A stretch of 64,000 bases of DNA from assembly GCA_963745025.1 (NCBI GenBank), contig CAVUWD010000006.1, positions 288,001 through 352,000 on the forward strand. The letters run 5' to 3'. The position numbers and the translations under genes are program-made. Shown piece after piece: positions 20,569 through 31,918 of the stretch. The notes under the pieces were generated by a model. The model had not been told where the DNA came from and searched no databases. It worked only from the letters and a program-made list of their open reading frames with translations. The DNA is from an uncultured delta proteobacterium (GTDB taxonomy: Bacteria > Desulfobacterota > Binatia > JACPRU01). Each line of letters starts with the position of its first letter. The first letter of the stretch is position 1.

Positions 20569-21195
20569 TCATGAGGCGCGCCCGCTCGCGCCGGGGTCGT
20601 CTCTCCACGGGGATTCGCACTTCGCGACCTCGCGGAGGATCTCCTCGTTGCTCGGGAGCGATCGGCTCTTGCTGCCCTCCATGTACGAGCCCGCGAGCGA
20701 GTAACGGACCACGCCTCGTTTGTCGACGATGACGAAGCCCATGTCGTCGTCGTTGAGGAGCTTTCGCGTCTCGTCGAGCGGGGGAAGGAAGTCGCCGAAG
20801 TCGTTCGCTGGCTTTTCGGCCATCGCGCCCTGGATGAAGCCGCGAACGTAGTGACCGAGGCCGTGGCTGCGCTGACCTAGCCCCCACTCGCGGCGGACCT
20901 GATAATCCGGGTCACAGAGGTAGGGGAACGGCAGCGTGAACTTCTTCGCGTAGGCCTGAGCCCGGGAGACCCCGGACACCGACACCTCCAGGATCTCGGC
21001 ATCGAGCTTCTGCAGGTCGCCGTAGGCTCGCGAGAGCTGCGACATCTGCGCGCGGCAGAACGGGCAGGCCATGCCCTTGGTGAACCAAACGATGACGTTC
21101 TTCTTGCCGCGGAAATCGTCCAGACCAATCTCCGCGCCCTGCGCCGACGGCAATCGGAACGACGGCGCAGGCTGTCCCACGGCGACTTCTGACAT
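20569..21195 (-). CDS. AhpC/TSA peroxiredoxin-like redoxin
   Basis: VGQPAPSFRLP, FTKGMACPFC, LPFPYLCDPD; GGAGG SD upstream. Confidence 0.88.
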   Translation of the reverse strand: MSEVAVGQPAPSFRLPSAQGAEIGLDDFRGKKNVIVWFTKGMACPFCRAQMSQLSRAYGDLQKLDAEILEVSVSGVSRAQAYAKKFTLPFPYLCDPDYQVRREWGLGQRSHGLGHYVRGFIQGAMAEKPANDFGDFLPPLDETRKLLNDDDMGFVIVDKRGVVRYSLAGSYMEGSKSRSLPSNEEILREVAKCESPWRDDPGASGRAS

Positions 21196-21218
21196 CGGTC
21201 TATCCTCCCTCGCCATTG

Positions 21219-24200
21219 CTAGCAGAGAAACGGCAACACGAGAAAACTATCGCTCGACCACCCGGCGGCCTCCTGGACCGCACGGCTGCGCGCCAGCCAC
21301 CGCTCGGCCTCCTCCTCGTCCTCCTCCTCGATCGCCAGCGTCGCCAGACCGTCGTAGCAGGGAAAGAGCAGCTGCGGCTCGCCGAGCGCCTCCGCCAATG
21401 CGAGCGCTTCGCGGTATCGTTCGCCGCTCCGCGCATAGTCACCGCGACACTGATAGATCTGCGCGAGGATGATCATCGGAATCGGCAGGTGGCTGTGCTG
21501 GCCGAGGCGCCGGTCGAGGTCGATGGCCGCCTCCGCCGCCTTGACTCCTTCGTCGTAGTCGCCGGCGAGCGTGCAGTGGCCGCCGGCCAGCGCGCAGTAG
21601 AGCCAGGACTGCTGCAGCTGATCCCCGATCCGCTGCGCGAGCGCGAGCCCCTCGCGACAGTATTGCGCGGAGCGTTCGTGATCGAGGCTCGTGAACATCA
21701 CCGCGAGGTTGGCGTAGGCTCGGCACGCAACCGCCGACAAATCGTGCGCGAGCGCCGTCTCCAAGCTCTTCTGCACGGTCGCGGCGCCGCGCTCGAGCTC
21801 CCCCGCGCGGGCGAGAGCGACGCCGAGCGTGTTGTACGCGTGGGAGACCACGTCGGGCGCACCAAGCCGCTCGCCGAGCGCCAGCGCTTTCCCCGCCCAC
21901 TCGGTGGCACGCGGATTGTCGCCGAGTCGAAAGTGGATGCGCCCGAGCTCGTCGTAGAGCCTCGCCGCTTCGAGGTTGTCGGCGGCGCCGTCGAGCGCCG
22001 CGAGGCCGGCGTCGAGCTCACCGAGCGCGAGCTCGGTCTGGCCTGCCGCCCAACGGGCGGCCGCGCACTTGCGCCGCAGATCGGCGATCCTGGGGCGGTC
22101 GTCGCTCTGGGACACGCAAGCCAGCGCGGCCGCCCAATGCTCGAGCGCCACGGCGATGACGCCGCGCGCGAACGCAACGTCACCGAGCCGATCGAGCACG
22201 GTCGATCGTTCGCCCGCGAGCTCGGCATGCGCATCGATCAACGCGAGCGCGTCGCCGTAGCGGGCTTCGGCATCCTCGTAGGCGAAGAGACGCGCCGCGC
22301 GTGCGCCTACGCGGAGAACGTATTCCAACGACTTCGCACGCTCGCCGCTCTGACCGTAGTGACGAGCGAGGTCCTGCAGCACTTCTTCGGTGCGATCGGC
22401 GTAGAGGCGCTCGAGCGCCCGGCCGGCCTGGCCGTGGAGCTCCGCGCGCGACTTCAGAAGCAGCCCCTGGTAGGCGACGTCGCGGATCAACGCCTGCGCG
22501 AACGACAGGCGGAGCTCGGGGAACAGCTCCTTCTCGTGAAGGAGCTCGAGCGCGACGAGCTCGGAAACCCCGCCTCGCGCGTCTTCACCTTCGGGCGTCA
22601 TGGCCTCGAGCACCCGCAACGGAAACTCCCGCCCGAGCACCGAGGCACGCTGGAGGATGCGCTTCAGCGGCTCGCGCAGCCGGTCGATTCGAGCGGTCAA
22701 GAGGTCGTGGATCGTCTCGGGTACGCCGCCGCCCGCCCCTTCTCCGCGGCCCCGCAGGTAGCCGGCGAGCTCTTCAATGAAGAAGGGATTGCCCTCGGCG
22801 CGATCGACAACCAGATCGCACAGCGACCGCGCGTCCGGCGCCGGCAGCAGCGCCCCGACCATTCGCATCGCTGCCGCCGGCGCCAGCGGCTCGAGCGTGA
22901 GGCGTTGATGGAAGCTCCGCTCCTGCCACGGCGGGACATAGCCCGAGCGGTAGGTGCAGAGAACGAGCATGCGCCGGTCGGCGAGCGTGTCGATCAGCGA
23001 GCGCAGCGCTTCTTCGGAGCTGCGATCGATCCACTGCAGGTCCTCGACGAGAAGCAGCTGCGGGCGGTCTTCGGCCGCGCGGAACACCAGCGCCTTGATC
23101 GCTTCGAGCGTGCGGCGCTTGCGCTGCGCTTGATCGAGGCCCTCGGTCTCGAGCTCGGGCGCCGGCAGCGCGAACAGCAGCTTGCAGTACGGCACGGCCC
23201 ACGCCAGCCGCGGATCGAGTCGCCCGACCCCGCTCGCCAGCTTCGCGATCTGGGCGCTTTCCGTCTCGCCTTCCTCGAGCCCGAACTGCGAGCGCAGAAG
23301 TTCGACGACGATCCGGAACGGCGCCGCTTCGCCGTGTGGAAGGCAATCGGCCTTCAGGAACCCGAACGACGTTCCTTCGAGGCGTCGGCGAAGCTCGTAG
23401 GCGAGCCTCGATTTCCCCGACCCGGCGTCGCCGACGAGGGACACGGCCTGCCCGCGCCCGGCGCCCACGCGCTCGCAGCAATCGGCTAGAAACTCGAACT
23501 CACCCTCACGGCCGACGAGCGGGCTGAGACCGCGCTCGACCGCTGAGTCGAAGCGGGTGCGCTGCGCGCGCGCGCCGGTCACCGCGAACGCACGCACCGG
23601 ACGGTCGATGCCCTTGACGGTCAGCTCGCCGCGATCCTCGGTCACGAAATCGCGGCTCGCGAGACGGTGCGTCGCCTCGCTCACGAGCACGCCACCCGGC
23701 TGGCCGGCTTGTTGCAGGCGGGCCGCGAGGTTCACCGTCTCTCCCTGCGCCGTATAGTCCATGCGCAGGTCGTCGCCGATCTTGCCGACCACCACGGGGC
23801 CGGTATTGAGGCCGACGCGCAGGCCGAACTCCAAGCCGCGCTCGCGCCGAAGGTCGGCCGCATAGCCGGCGAGCGACTTCTGAATCGCCAGCGCCGCGGC
23901 GATGGCGCGCACGGCGTGATCCTCGTGGGCGATCGGCGCGCCGAAGAGCGCCATGACCCCGTCTCCCGTGAACTGATTCACGGTGCCCTCGTAGCGGTGC
24001 ACGGCCTCCGTCACGCGGTGGAAGCACCCGTCCATGATCTCGTGCAGCTCCTCGGGATCGACCCGCGTCGACAAGGACGTGAATCCGGCAACGTCGGCGA
24101 AGAGAACCGTCACTTGCTTGCGCTCGCCCTCGATCGCGCCCCGACTGGTGAGGATCTTCTCCGCGAGATGACGCGGCGTGTACGATCCCGGTGAGGGGGG

Positions 24201-24374
24201 GGCGGGCTTGGCCACGGCGGGGCCTGCAACCGACACTCCGCACGCGTCGCAAAAGCGCGCGCCATCCGGCAGCTCCGCGCCACAGCTTGCGCACGCACGC
24301 GGCAGCGGCGCCCCGCAGGCGGCGCAGAACTTGGCCTGCGATCGGTTTTCGTGGCTGCAAGAGGAACAACGCAT
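21219..24374 (-). CDS. Class III adenylate/guanylate cyclase with double zinc ribbon, AAA ATPase and TPR domains
   Basis: Four CxxC motifs, VLFADVAGFT, GDG, GETVNLAARL, Walker A GDAGSGKS, VEDLQW, GNPFF, TPRs. Confidence 0.93.
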   Translation of the reverse strand: MRCSSCSHENRSQAKFCAACGAPLPRACASCGAELPDGARFCDACGVSVAGPAVAKPAPPSPGSYTPRHLAEKILTSRGAIEGERKQVTVLFADVAGFTSLSTRVDPEELHEIMDGCFHRVTEAVHRYEGTVNQFTGDGVMALFGAPIAHEDHAVRAIAAALAIQKSLAGYAADLRRERGLEFGLRVGLNTGPVVVGKIGDDLRMDYTAQGETVNLAARLQQAGQPGGVLVSEATHRLASRDFVTEDRGELTVKGIDRPVRAFAVTGARAQRTRFDSAVERGLSPLVGREGEFEFLADCCERVGAGRGQAVSLVGDAGSGKSRLAYELRRRLEGTSFGFLKADCLPHGEAAPFRIVVELLRSQFGLEEGETESAQIAKLASGVGRLDPRLAWAVPYCKLLFALPAPELETEGLDQAQRKRRTLEAIKALVFRAAEDRPQLLLVEDLQWIDRSSEEALRSLIDTLADRRMLVLCTYRSGYVPPWQERSFHQRLTLEPLAPAAAMRMVGALLPAPDARSLCDLVVDRAEGNPFFIEELAGYLRGRGEGAGGGVPETIHDLLTARIDRLREPLKRILQRASVLGREFPLRVLEAMTPEGEDARGGVSELVALELLHEKELFPELRLSFAQALIRDVAYQGLLLKSRAELHGQAGRALERLYADRTEEVLQDLARHYGQSGERAKSLEYVLRVGARAARLFAYEDAEARYGDALALIDAHAELAGERSTVLDRLGDVAFARGVIAVALEHWAAALACVSQSDDRPRIADLRRKCAAARWAAGQTELALGELDAGLAALDGAADNLEAARLYDELGRIHFRLGDNPRATEWAGKALALGERLGAPDVVSHAYNTLGVALARAGELERGAATVQKSLETALAHDLSAVACRAYANLAVMFTSLDHERSAQYCREGLALAQRIGDQLQQSWLYCALAGGHCTLAGDYDEGVKAAEAAIDLDRRLGQHSHLPIPMIILAQIYQCRGDYARSGERYREALALAEALGEPQLLFPCYDGLATLAIEEEDEEEAERWLARSRAVQEAAGWSSDSFLVLPFLC

Positions 24375-24427
24375 GGTCGTAGGGCTACAGGCCACGAGCT
24401 ACAGGTTTGCTGCGAATTTTGAGCAAC

Positions 24428-24540
24428 GCTGGAGTTTCCGGTCGGGACGTACTCGGCCCGACCGGAAACTCCAGCCACCGCGCGGAGCGCGGTAAACAAT
24501 AGACGAACCCAGAGAGTTGCACGCCTCCGCGCTGCCGCGG
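24428..24540 (+). repeat. Double-hairpin repeat element, copy 1
   Basis: Perfect 19-bp stem GCTGGAGTTTCCGGTCGGG/CCCGACCGGAAACTCCAGC plus a second stem; homologous to 39238-39351 on the - strand; flanked by heptamer arms at about 24382-24405 and 24585-24600. Confidence 0.8.
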
Positions 24541-24602
24541 CAGTCGAAGCAAGACCGTGGGGAAGTACCCTTCATGAATTCGTCCCCGAAGCCCGAAGCC
24601 TC

Positions 24603-26423
24603 CTAAATATTATAGCTCGCGCCGCCGGCGAGCTCCGCTCCGGCCTTGCGGACGAGCGGCTGGCTACCGAGATCGCCCCGAGCCGGCATCTTCCGCCGGG
24701 CTCGCGCAATCGCTCGGCGAAGCGAGCCGAGCTGACGATCGTCGGTGAGCAGCACGTTGTCGGGGCCGAGCACCTCGCCGAGGTGTGAGCGCATGACCTG
24801 CGCGTGCAGCTCGGGTTTGAGACCGCACAGCATCAAGCGTCCGCCCTTGGCCTGGAACTGGATGGCGAACGTCGCCAGCGACTCGGCCGCCGTGGCGTCG
24901 ATCGCGTGGGCGCGCTTCATGCGGATGATGATCGCCCGCGCGCCGTTGGCGGCGATTCGCGAGAGGTGCTCCTCGAGCTCCTCGACCACCCCGAAGAAAA
25001 GATCGCCCTCGATCGCCAGCAATACGAGCGCGCTCGATCCCGTCCGCGCGTCGATCTCGATCTCGCGGTAGAAGCGCGGCGCCGCTTCCACCATCTCCAC
25101 CATCTGCAGCTGGCCAATCCGGCGCACGAGCATCGTCAGCGACATGACGACGCCCAGATAGATCGCGTACTGGATCTGAAAGACCAGCGTCGAGACGTAG
25201 GTGATGACCAGCACGACCGCGTCGGCGCGGCTCCATCTCCAGACGTAGCGAGCCGACTCGAGATCGACCATCAACACCGCAATCCACATGATGATGGCGC
25301 CGAGACAGGCGCGCGGAACGTAACGAGCCCCCGGCCCGAGAAGCAGCATGATGGCGAGGACCGTGAGACCGGCGATCACTCCCACCCAGCGCGTCTTGGA
25401 GCCCATCTGCAAGTTGATCGCGCTGCGCGTCCAGCTCGCCGAGGTGGGCATGCAGCCGAAGAACGCGCCCACCACGTTGCCCATGCCCTTTGCGACGAGC
25501 TCTTGGTTGGCGTAGAATTTCACCTGCGCCTTGGCGGAGAGCGCCTTGCCGATCGAGATCGCCTCGACCATGCCGAGGATGGCAATCGCGAAGCTCGCCG
25601 GAAGCACCTGGTGCACGCGATCGAGGGAGAGCAGTGGCACCGTGATCCCCGGCAAGCCGCTTGGGACCTCACCGACGACTCGCACCGCGAGAGGGCCGTC
25701 CTCCCATCCGAGCACGTGCGCGCCCACTGCCGTGACGATGATCGCGATCATCGCGCCGGGGATCAGGCGCGAGATCCGTGCGCAGCCGAGAACGATCATC
25801 CACGTGACCACCGCGATCGCGAGCGCTCGCGGGTCCGCACTCCGGAGGTGGGAGAGCAGATTTTCGATCGACTGGATCAAGCGCGGCGACGATTCGACCG
25901 ACACGCCGAGCACGTTGTGGATCTGGTCGGTGAAGATCAGAGTTGCGGCGCCGAGCGTGAACCCCACCAGGACCGCCTGCGACACGTAGCGACCGAACGC
26001 GCCGAGCCGGAGCGCGCCCGCCGCGATCTGGATCAGGCCCATCGTCAGCACGATGAGCAGCATCAAGGGCACGGCTTCCTGCGGGCCGAGCGAAAACGAG
26101 GCGACGAGCGCACCAACGACCAGCGCGGAGGTGTTCGTCGAGCCGGTGATGAGAAACGGAGAGCTGCGGATGAGCGCCGCGACGATCGTCGGCACGATCA
26201 TCGCGTAGAGACCGTGCTCGGGCGGAACGTGCGCGATGAGCGCGAAGGCAATCCCCTGCGGAACCGCGAGGATCCCTGTCGTCACACCCGCGAGGAGGTC
26301 CCCTCGAAAGACCGAGCTCCCACCTTCGGCCGCCTCGGTCGCCGTTGCTTTCCCTGTGATGATGCCCGGGGATGCGCTGTCGGAGCCGGCCTCCACGAGC
26401 CGATTATGGAGAAGCGCCGGCAA
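24603..26423 (-). CDS. SulP/SLC26 anion transporter with STAS domain
   Basis: DLLAGVT...VPQGIAFA...GLY, NQEL, C-terminal STAS (GDLFFG, IDATA). Start uncertain. Confidence 0.93.
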   Translation of the reverse strand: MPALLHNRLVEAGSDSASPGIITGKATATEAAEGGSSVFRGDLLAGVTTGILAVPQGIAFALIAHVPPEHGLYAMIVPTIVAALIRSSPFLITGSTNTSALVVGALVASFSLGPQEAVPLMLLIVLTMGLIQIAAGALRLGAFGRYVSQAVLVGFTLGAATLIFTDQIHNVLGVSVESSPRLIQSIENLLSHLRSADPRALAIAVVTWMIVLGCARISRLIPGAMIAIIVTAVGAHVLGWEDGPLAVRVVGEVPSGLPGITVPLLSLDRVHQVLPASFAIAILGMVEAISIGKALSAKAQVKFYANQELVAKGMGNVVGAFFGCMPTSASWTRSAINLQMGSKTRWVGVIAGLTVLAIMLLLGPGARYVPRACLGAIIMWIAVLMVDLESARYVWRWSRADAVVLVITYVSTLVFQIQYAIYLGVVMSLTMLVRRIGQLQMVEMVEAAPRFYREIEIDARTGSSALVLLAIEGDLFFGVVEELEEHLSRIAANGARAIIIRMKRAHAIDATAAESLATFAIQFQAKGGRLMLCGLKPELHAQVMRSHLGEVLGPDNVLLTDDRQLGSLRRAIARARRKMPARGDLGSQPLVRKAGAELAGGASYNI

Positions 26424-29321
26424 CGGGCAACCGGTAGGCCTCCCGCGACGGCTTGAGCGGGCGTAGCAGCCAGTAGGGCCGCCGCGTGCCGTCCGGCGAG
26501 ACGCGCGCGGCGGGGCGCGTGATCTCGAGCCAGCGCCGGTAGACCTCGTGGGCCTTTTCCACGTCGACCGAGATGTCGCCGTACGAGTCTCCCGCTTCGG
26601 CGCGACGCACCCGCACGGCTTGATGCCAGCAATGCATCCCCGAGATCGGATCGGGATGAACCGGAAACGTCAGGTTCTGATGGACTCCCGCGTCCGTCCA
26701 CCAGATCCGCCGCGTATCGGCATCGGCGCTATCGTGCGGCTCGACGCCCGCCTTGCGCCGCAGCGCGAAGCGCTTGCCCTCGCGCGTGAACGCGACCGTG
26801 GCCATCATCTGCCGTTGCCCGTGCCTGTGCGGGTCGAGCTTCCAGCGACCCATGTGGTGACTGCAAGCGACGACGCCGGGGCGGATTCCCTCCGTGACCC
26901 AGGCCTTGACGACGAAGTAACCAATCTCGGTCTCGACGCGAACGAGCTCGCCGGTCGCCACGCCGAGCGGCGCCGCATCTTGCGGATGCATCCAAAGCGG
27001 GTTCGTGTGCGCGATCTCGTCGAGCCATTTGGCGTTGGCGCTCCGCGTATGGATCTGCACGGGCAGCCGGAAGGTCGGAACCAGCGCCATCTGCCCCGGC
27101 TCCAGCCTCTGGGGATGAATGTGGCTGCGGATGTACGTGGGCAGCGCGTACTCGGGCCAGCCCCAGCGATCGAGCGTGGAAGAGTAGAACTCCAGCCGGC
27201 CGCTCGGAGTCGGAAATCCCCGCAAAATCTTGCCGTCGATCTCGATGCCGACGAGGCGCCTCCCCTCCGCATCGGGATCGGGAGTCGGCAGCGGCACGAT
27301 GTTCGCCCCCGCCGGCTTCGCCGTCTTCGTGTAGACGCGGCCGAGGTCGTCGACGCGTACGTCGTCGAGCTCGCTCGCCGCGACTCCCTCCTCGTGCAGC
27401 GCGGCGATCTTCTTCTTCACTTCGAAGCTGCCGTAGCGCCGCATGTACTCGAGCGGCTTCAAGCCCTCCTGGCGGCGCGCTCCGGCAGACCCGGAATCGA
27501 GTTCTCGAAGAGAAAACCGTAGTACTCGTCGACGCCGAGCTTCGTGGCGGGTGTCTTCTTCGATTCGAAGTAGCGGCGAATTCCCATCTTCCCATCGGGG
27601 TCGATGCGCCAGGAAAGCTCGATCCAGAATTCGTTCTCTTCCCACACCTCGCCCGGGTTGATCTCGCGTGTGTCCGCGGGCGCCGGCTGTCCGAGCCGCT
27701 CGCGCGCGGCGCGCAAGACGGGCTGACGGAAGCCGAGCCACTGCGCATCGTGGGTCTCGTAGGAATGGAGGTCGTGCCGTTCGGAGGCGAGGCCCATGGG
27801 CAGCACGTAGTCCGCGAAATACGCCGTCTCGCTCCACGTCGGGCTGAGCGCCACGTGCAGGCCGACGAGCGTCTCGTCGGTGAGCACCTCGATCCAGGTG
27901 AAGCCGTCGGGGTTCGTCCACACCGGGTTGTAGACCCGCGAAAAGTACACCTCGAGCCGTCCGCGCCCGTCCTTCAAGAGATGCGGCAGCAACATCGACA
28001 TCTCGTTCATCGCCAGCGGATATTCGGCCGGCCAGTTGAGGTCGTTCCAGACCTGCGGATGCGCGGGCACGTGGATCGGGCGCGGCACGAACTTGTTGGC
28101 GACGTTCGGATGCGTCCCGCCCTCCGTGCCGATCGCGCCGAGCAGCGCATTCAGCAGGAAGAGCGTGCGCGAGACTTGCCAGCCGCCGAGATTGCCGGCC
28201 GCCGCGCTCCGCCAGCTGTGCGTCGCCAGGCGCGTGCGCGCGCGCGAGACGACGTCGGCGAGCTCGGCGATGGTCTTCGCATCGACCCCGGATTCCTCGG
28301 CGGCGAACTCGAACGTGTAGCTCTCGTAAAGTCGTGCGAGCTCGTGCTCGAAGCTCTCGAACGTCGGCTCTCGGTCGGGATGCTTCACGCGCATGTACTC
28401 GTGCCAGTTCCACCAGCGCCGCACGAACTCACGATCGTAGAGCCGGTGGTGGATCAGATGGCGGGCGATCGCCAGGAGGATCGCCGGCTCGGTCCCGGGA
28501 TACGGCGCGATCCAGTAGTCGGCGTGCGTGGCGGTGTTCGAGAGGCGCACGTCGAAGACGATGATCTTCGCGCCGCGCTTCTTCGCCTCGATGATCCGCT
28601 GCGCGTGGGGATTGAAGTAGTGTCCCGACTCGAGGTGCGCGCTGATCAGCACGATGACGTCGGCGTTCGCGTAGTCCGGGCTCGGCCGGTCGAGCCCCAT
28701 CCAGTAGTGATAGCCGGCGCGTCCGTTCGAGGAGCAGATGTTGGTGTGCGAGTTGTGGCCGTCGAGCCCCCATGCCGCGAGCACGCGCTCGGTGTAGCCG
28801 TCCTCGCCCGGCCGGCCGACGTGATAGACGACCTCGTTCCGCCTGTCCTCCTGGATCGCGCGACGGATGCGCCCGGCGATGTCGTCGAGCGCCTCGTCCC
28901 AGGAGACGCGCTGCCATTTCCCCTCTCCGCGCGCGCCGCTGCGCTTCAGAGGATGGAGGATGCGGTGTGGATCGTACACCTGGTTCAGCGTCGCCGGCCC
29001 CTTGGCGCAGTTGCGGCCGCGCGAGCCGGGATGCTCGGGATTGCCTTCGAATTTGCGGATCTCGAGGGACTCCTTGTCGACGTAGGCGAGAAGGCCGCAG
29101 GCCGACTCGCAGTTGAAGCACGTGGTCGGCACGAGCATGTAGCGGCGCTCGACGCGCTTCGGCCACGCGCGCGAATCGAGCTCGACCCAGTCGTCCCAGC
29201 GCTCTTTCGGGGGAAACGCCGCGAGATCGATCGCGCTCGGCCCCGGATAGTAGGTCTCGCCGCGAGCCTCCGTGGCGGGCTTTGCCGCCGACACGCGCGG
29301 ATTCCGTTTGGTCGTCTCCAA
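26404..29321 (-). CDS. Molybdopterin oxidoreductase catalytic subunit (Psr/Ttr/Arr-like), frameshift near 27471
   Basis: TTCFNCESACG...CAKG Fe-S motif, SWDEALD, HTNICSS, ADYVLP, C-terminal binding domain (IHTRSAN, WMHPQDA). No twin-arginine leader. Confidence 0.9.
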
Positions 29322-29330
29322 CGTCGTCTC

Positions 29331-30876
29331 CTAAGCGAGCGGCACCGATTGGCCAGCCTGGACATACGCGTGCTCGTGGGCGAAGAGGCCGGCGAGCGCC
29401 AGCGGCGCGCTGAATTCGCCGAGCCACGGCGCGGCGACCGCGAGGCCGACGAGCGCTGCGCCGCCCCAGAAGAACGCCCGATACCGCCCGCCGGTCATCT
29501 CTTCGATCGCCAGGCGCGCGTGAGCCGTCGGATGGGTGAGCGTCACCTCACCGGCGACGAGCAGCAAGTGCGCGAGGCAGCTCGCCGCCAGAACGTCGGC
29601 GAGAGCACGGACGGCCTGCGCGTCGAGCCAGACGGCGAGCGGCAGCATCGCCGCCGAGCCGGCGAGCAGCGCCTGAACGAGGAAGTGCGGCGGGAGCAGC
29701 GGATTCTGCCACAGGTCGCGGGCTTTCGCCTGCGCGAACAGATACGCCGTGTAGACCGCGGTCAGGATGGCGAGCGGCAGTCCGGGCGCGACGAGGGCGC
29801 GCTGCCAGCGGGCGCTCGCCGCCGAGAAGCTCGAGAGGAAGTGCAGAGCCAAGACGGCCGTGTATCCGGCGATGATGAACGCGCCACGCACGAGCCAGCT
29901 TCGCCACTGCGGGCGCGCGAAGATCAGATAGAAGCGCTCCGGGTGGTCGAGGTCGGCGATGAGAATCACACCGGTGAAGGCGAGGAATGCCCCCGCGACG
30001 ACGGGAGCGGCGGAGCGCCAGAGCGGGCTCGAGTCGGCGAGCGTGCCGGCGAGGACCAGCAGCAAGGGCACCAGGTAGGCGCCGGACGCGATCCCCTTGG
30101 TCCACGTGTAGAGCGAAAGCCGCCAGTCCCAGGGGGCGCGATGGGGCACGTCGTAGGCGAGCACGGCGGCCGCCGAGCTGTTGGCGGCGCCCGGGTGGCC
30201 CGAGGTCACCTGATGCGGCAGCCGAGCCCTGCTCGCTCCACATGAAAATTCCGCCTTCGGGACGCCGGGCGGCGATCGGGTCGAGCGTCGCGTGGTGCGC
30301 TCCCTTGTAGAAGAGCTTTGGGCGCGTGTCCTTTTCGGGACGCCGCACCGCGAGCGCTTCGCGCCCGACCATCGCCGCGACCTTCGAACGCGGATCGTTC
30401 AAATCGCCGACGAGAATCGCTTCCACCGGACACACCACCACGCACGCCGGCTCGAGCCCGATGTCGATCCGCTGCGCGCAGAAGTTGCACTTCTCCGCGG
30501 CGTGGTCCTCAGGGTTGATGAAGATCGCGTCGTAGGGACAGGCCGCGATGCACGCCTTGCAGCCGATGCAGATCGATTTGTCGAAATCGACGATGCCGTC
30601 CGTCCGTTGGTACATCGCCGCCGTCGGACAAGCGTGCGTGCACGGCGGATCCTCGCACTGGTTGCAGCGCGTGACCTGAAACGCGCGGCGCACGTTGGGA
30701 AAGATGCCGACGTCGGCGTACTTCACGTAGGTGCGGTTCACGGAGAGCGGCACGCGGTTTTCCGACTTGCAGGCCGTGGAGCAGGCGTGGCAACCGATGC
30801 AGCGGCTGTGGTCGATGACTTTCGCCCAGCGCACCGGCGCCGTGGAAATCGCGGGGACGGCCGACTCAACCGTCAT
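29331..30876 (-). CDS. Fused 4Fe-4S dicluster (PsrB/NrfC-like) and NrfD/PsrC membrane anchor, frameshift near 30222
   Basis: CIGCHACSTAC, CNQCEDPPC, CIGCKACIAACPY, KCNFC; then LYTWTKGIASG, ADLDHPERF, SWLVRG, YTAYLF. Confidence 0.85.
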
Positions 30877-31918
30877 CGTGGGATCGTTCCACGGCAAACT
30901 TCTGATCGTTCCAGTCGAGCATTCCGCCCTTCAGATTGGCGACGTTCTCGAAACCGAGGCCGGTGAGGATCGCGGCCCCCGTCGTGCTGCGAACCCCTGC
31001 CCGGCAGACGACGATGATCGGTCGCTCCTTTTGCGGCTCGAGCTCGCCCGCCCGAGTCGGCAGATCCTTGAGAGGGATCAGCACGCTGCCGGGAATGTGA
31101 CCGAGCTCGCCGTTGAACTCCTCGGGCTCGCGGACGTCGAGCACGAGTGGCGACGAAGGCGACTCTAGCTCGGCTCTCACGTCCTGCGCGGTTCGTTGCC
31201 GCACCTTGTTGAGCTCGGCGAGGCTCGGGAAGCGCAGGCGATCGTCCTCGAGCGCGGTCTCGTTCGGCTGCAGCACCTCCTGGATCTTGTCCGGGAGCGG
31301 CAGTCCGAGGTTGTTCATGAGGTCGATGTAGGCCTCGCGGCTGCGCCCCGCGACGCGCGGGTTCGAGCGCTTCTCTTCGCCGATCGTCGACGAGGTGTTG
31401 CCCCGGTAATCGTGCGCCGGGAACACCAGCGTCTCGTCCGGCAGGCGGAACAGCTTTTCCTGGATCGCGTCGTACTGCGCACCCGGATCGCCGCCGGCGA
31501 AGTCGGAGCGCCCGGTTCCGCGGATCATCAGCGTGTCACCGGTGAGGACTCTGCCGCCGCAGTAGAGACTGATGCTGTCGGGCGTGTGGCCGGGGGTGTG
31601 GAGGACGCGGATCTCGACCTTGCCGACCGGGATCGTGTCGCCATCCTCGACGTGCCGATCGATGTGGGGAGCGGGCGCGCGCCGATGCATGACCGCCGTC
31701 GCGCCGACGAGCTCGCGAAGATCGAAGCTCGCCGTACGGTGATCCGCATGCGTGTGGGTGTCGATCACCGTGGCGAGCTTGAGACCCTCGTACGCGAGGA
31801 TCGCCAGATACCGCTCGAGCCGCTCCTTGACCGGGTCCACCAGAGCCGCCATGCGCGTCTCTTCGCAGGCAACCAGGTAGCTCTTGCACTTGCCGCGGTT
31901 CAGTTCGCGAAACAGCAT
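30866..31918 (-). CDS. Persulfide dioxygenase (ETHE1-like MBL fold) fused to rhodanese
   Basis: THTHADH, TPGHT, TGDTL, GTGRSDF, PAHDY; C-terminal LDVRE...GHIPGS...CRAGVRS...GGM. Confidence 0.9.
   Translation of the reverse strand: MLFRELNRGKCKSYLVACEETRMAALVDPVKERLERYLAILAYEGLKLATVIDTHTHADHRTASFDLRELVGATAVMHRRAPAPHIDRHVEDGDTIPVGKVEIRVLHTPGHTPDSISLYCGGRVLTGDTLMIRGTGRSDFAGGDPGAQYDAIQEKLFRLPDETLVFPAHDYRGNTSSTIGEEKRSNPRVAGRSREAYIDLMNNLGLPLPDKIQEVLQPNETALEDDRLRFPSLAELNKVRQRTAQDVRAELESPSSPLVLDVREPEEFNGELGHIPGSVLIPLKDLPTRAGELEPQKERPIIVVCRAGVRSTTGAAILTGLGFENVANLKGGMLDWNDQKFAVERSHDDG

Noticed and set aside
27459-27480. TGA ending the first molybdoenzyme ORF as possible Sec or programmed frameshift
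   Set aside because: The protein continues in a different frame, the site is not catalytic and no slippery motif is evident; one missing base explains it.
21216-30245. Long + strand ORFs (21216-23489, 24804-26456, 27750-30245)
   Set aside because: Antisense shadows of well-supported - strand genes, with no recognisable motifs.
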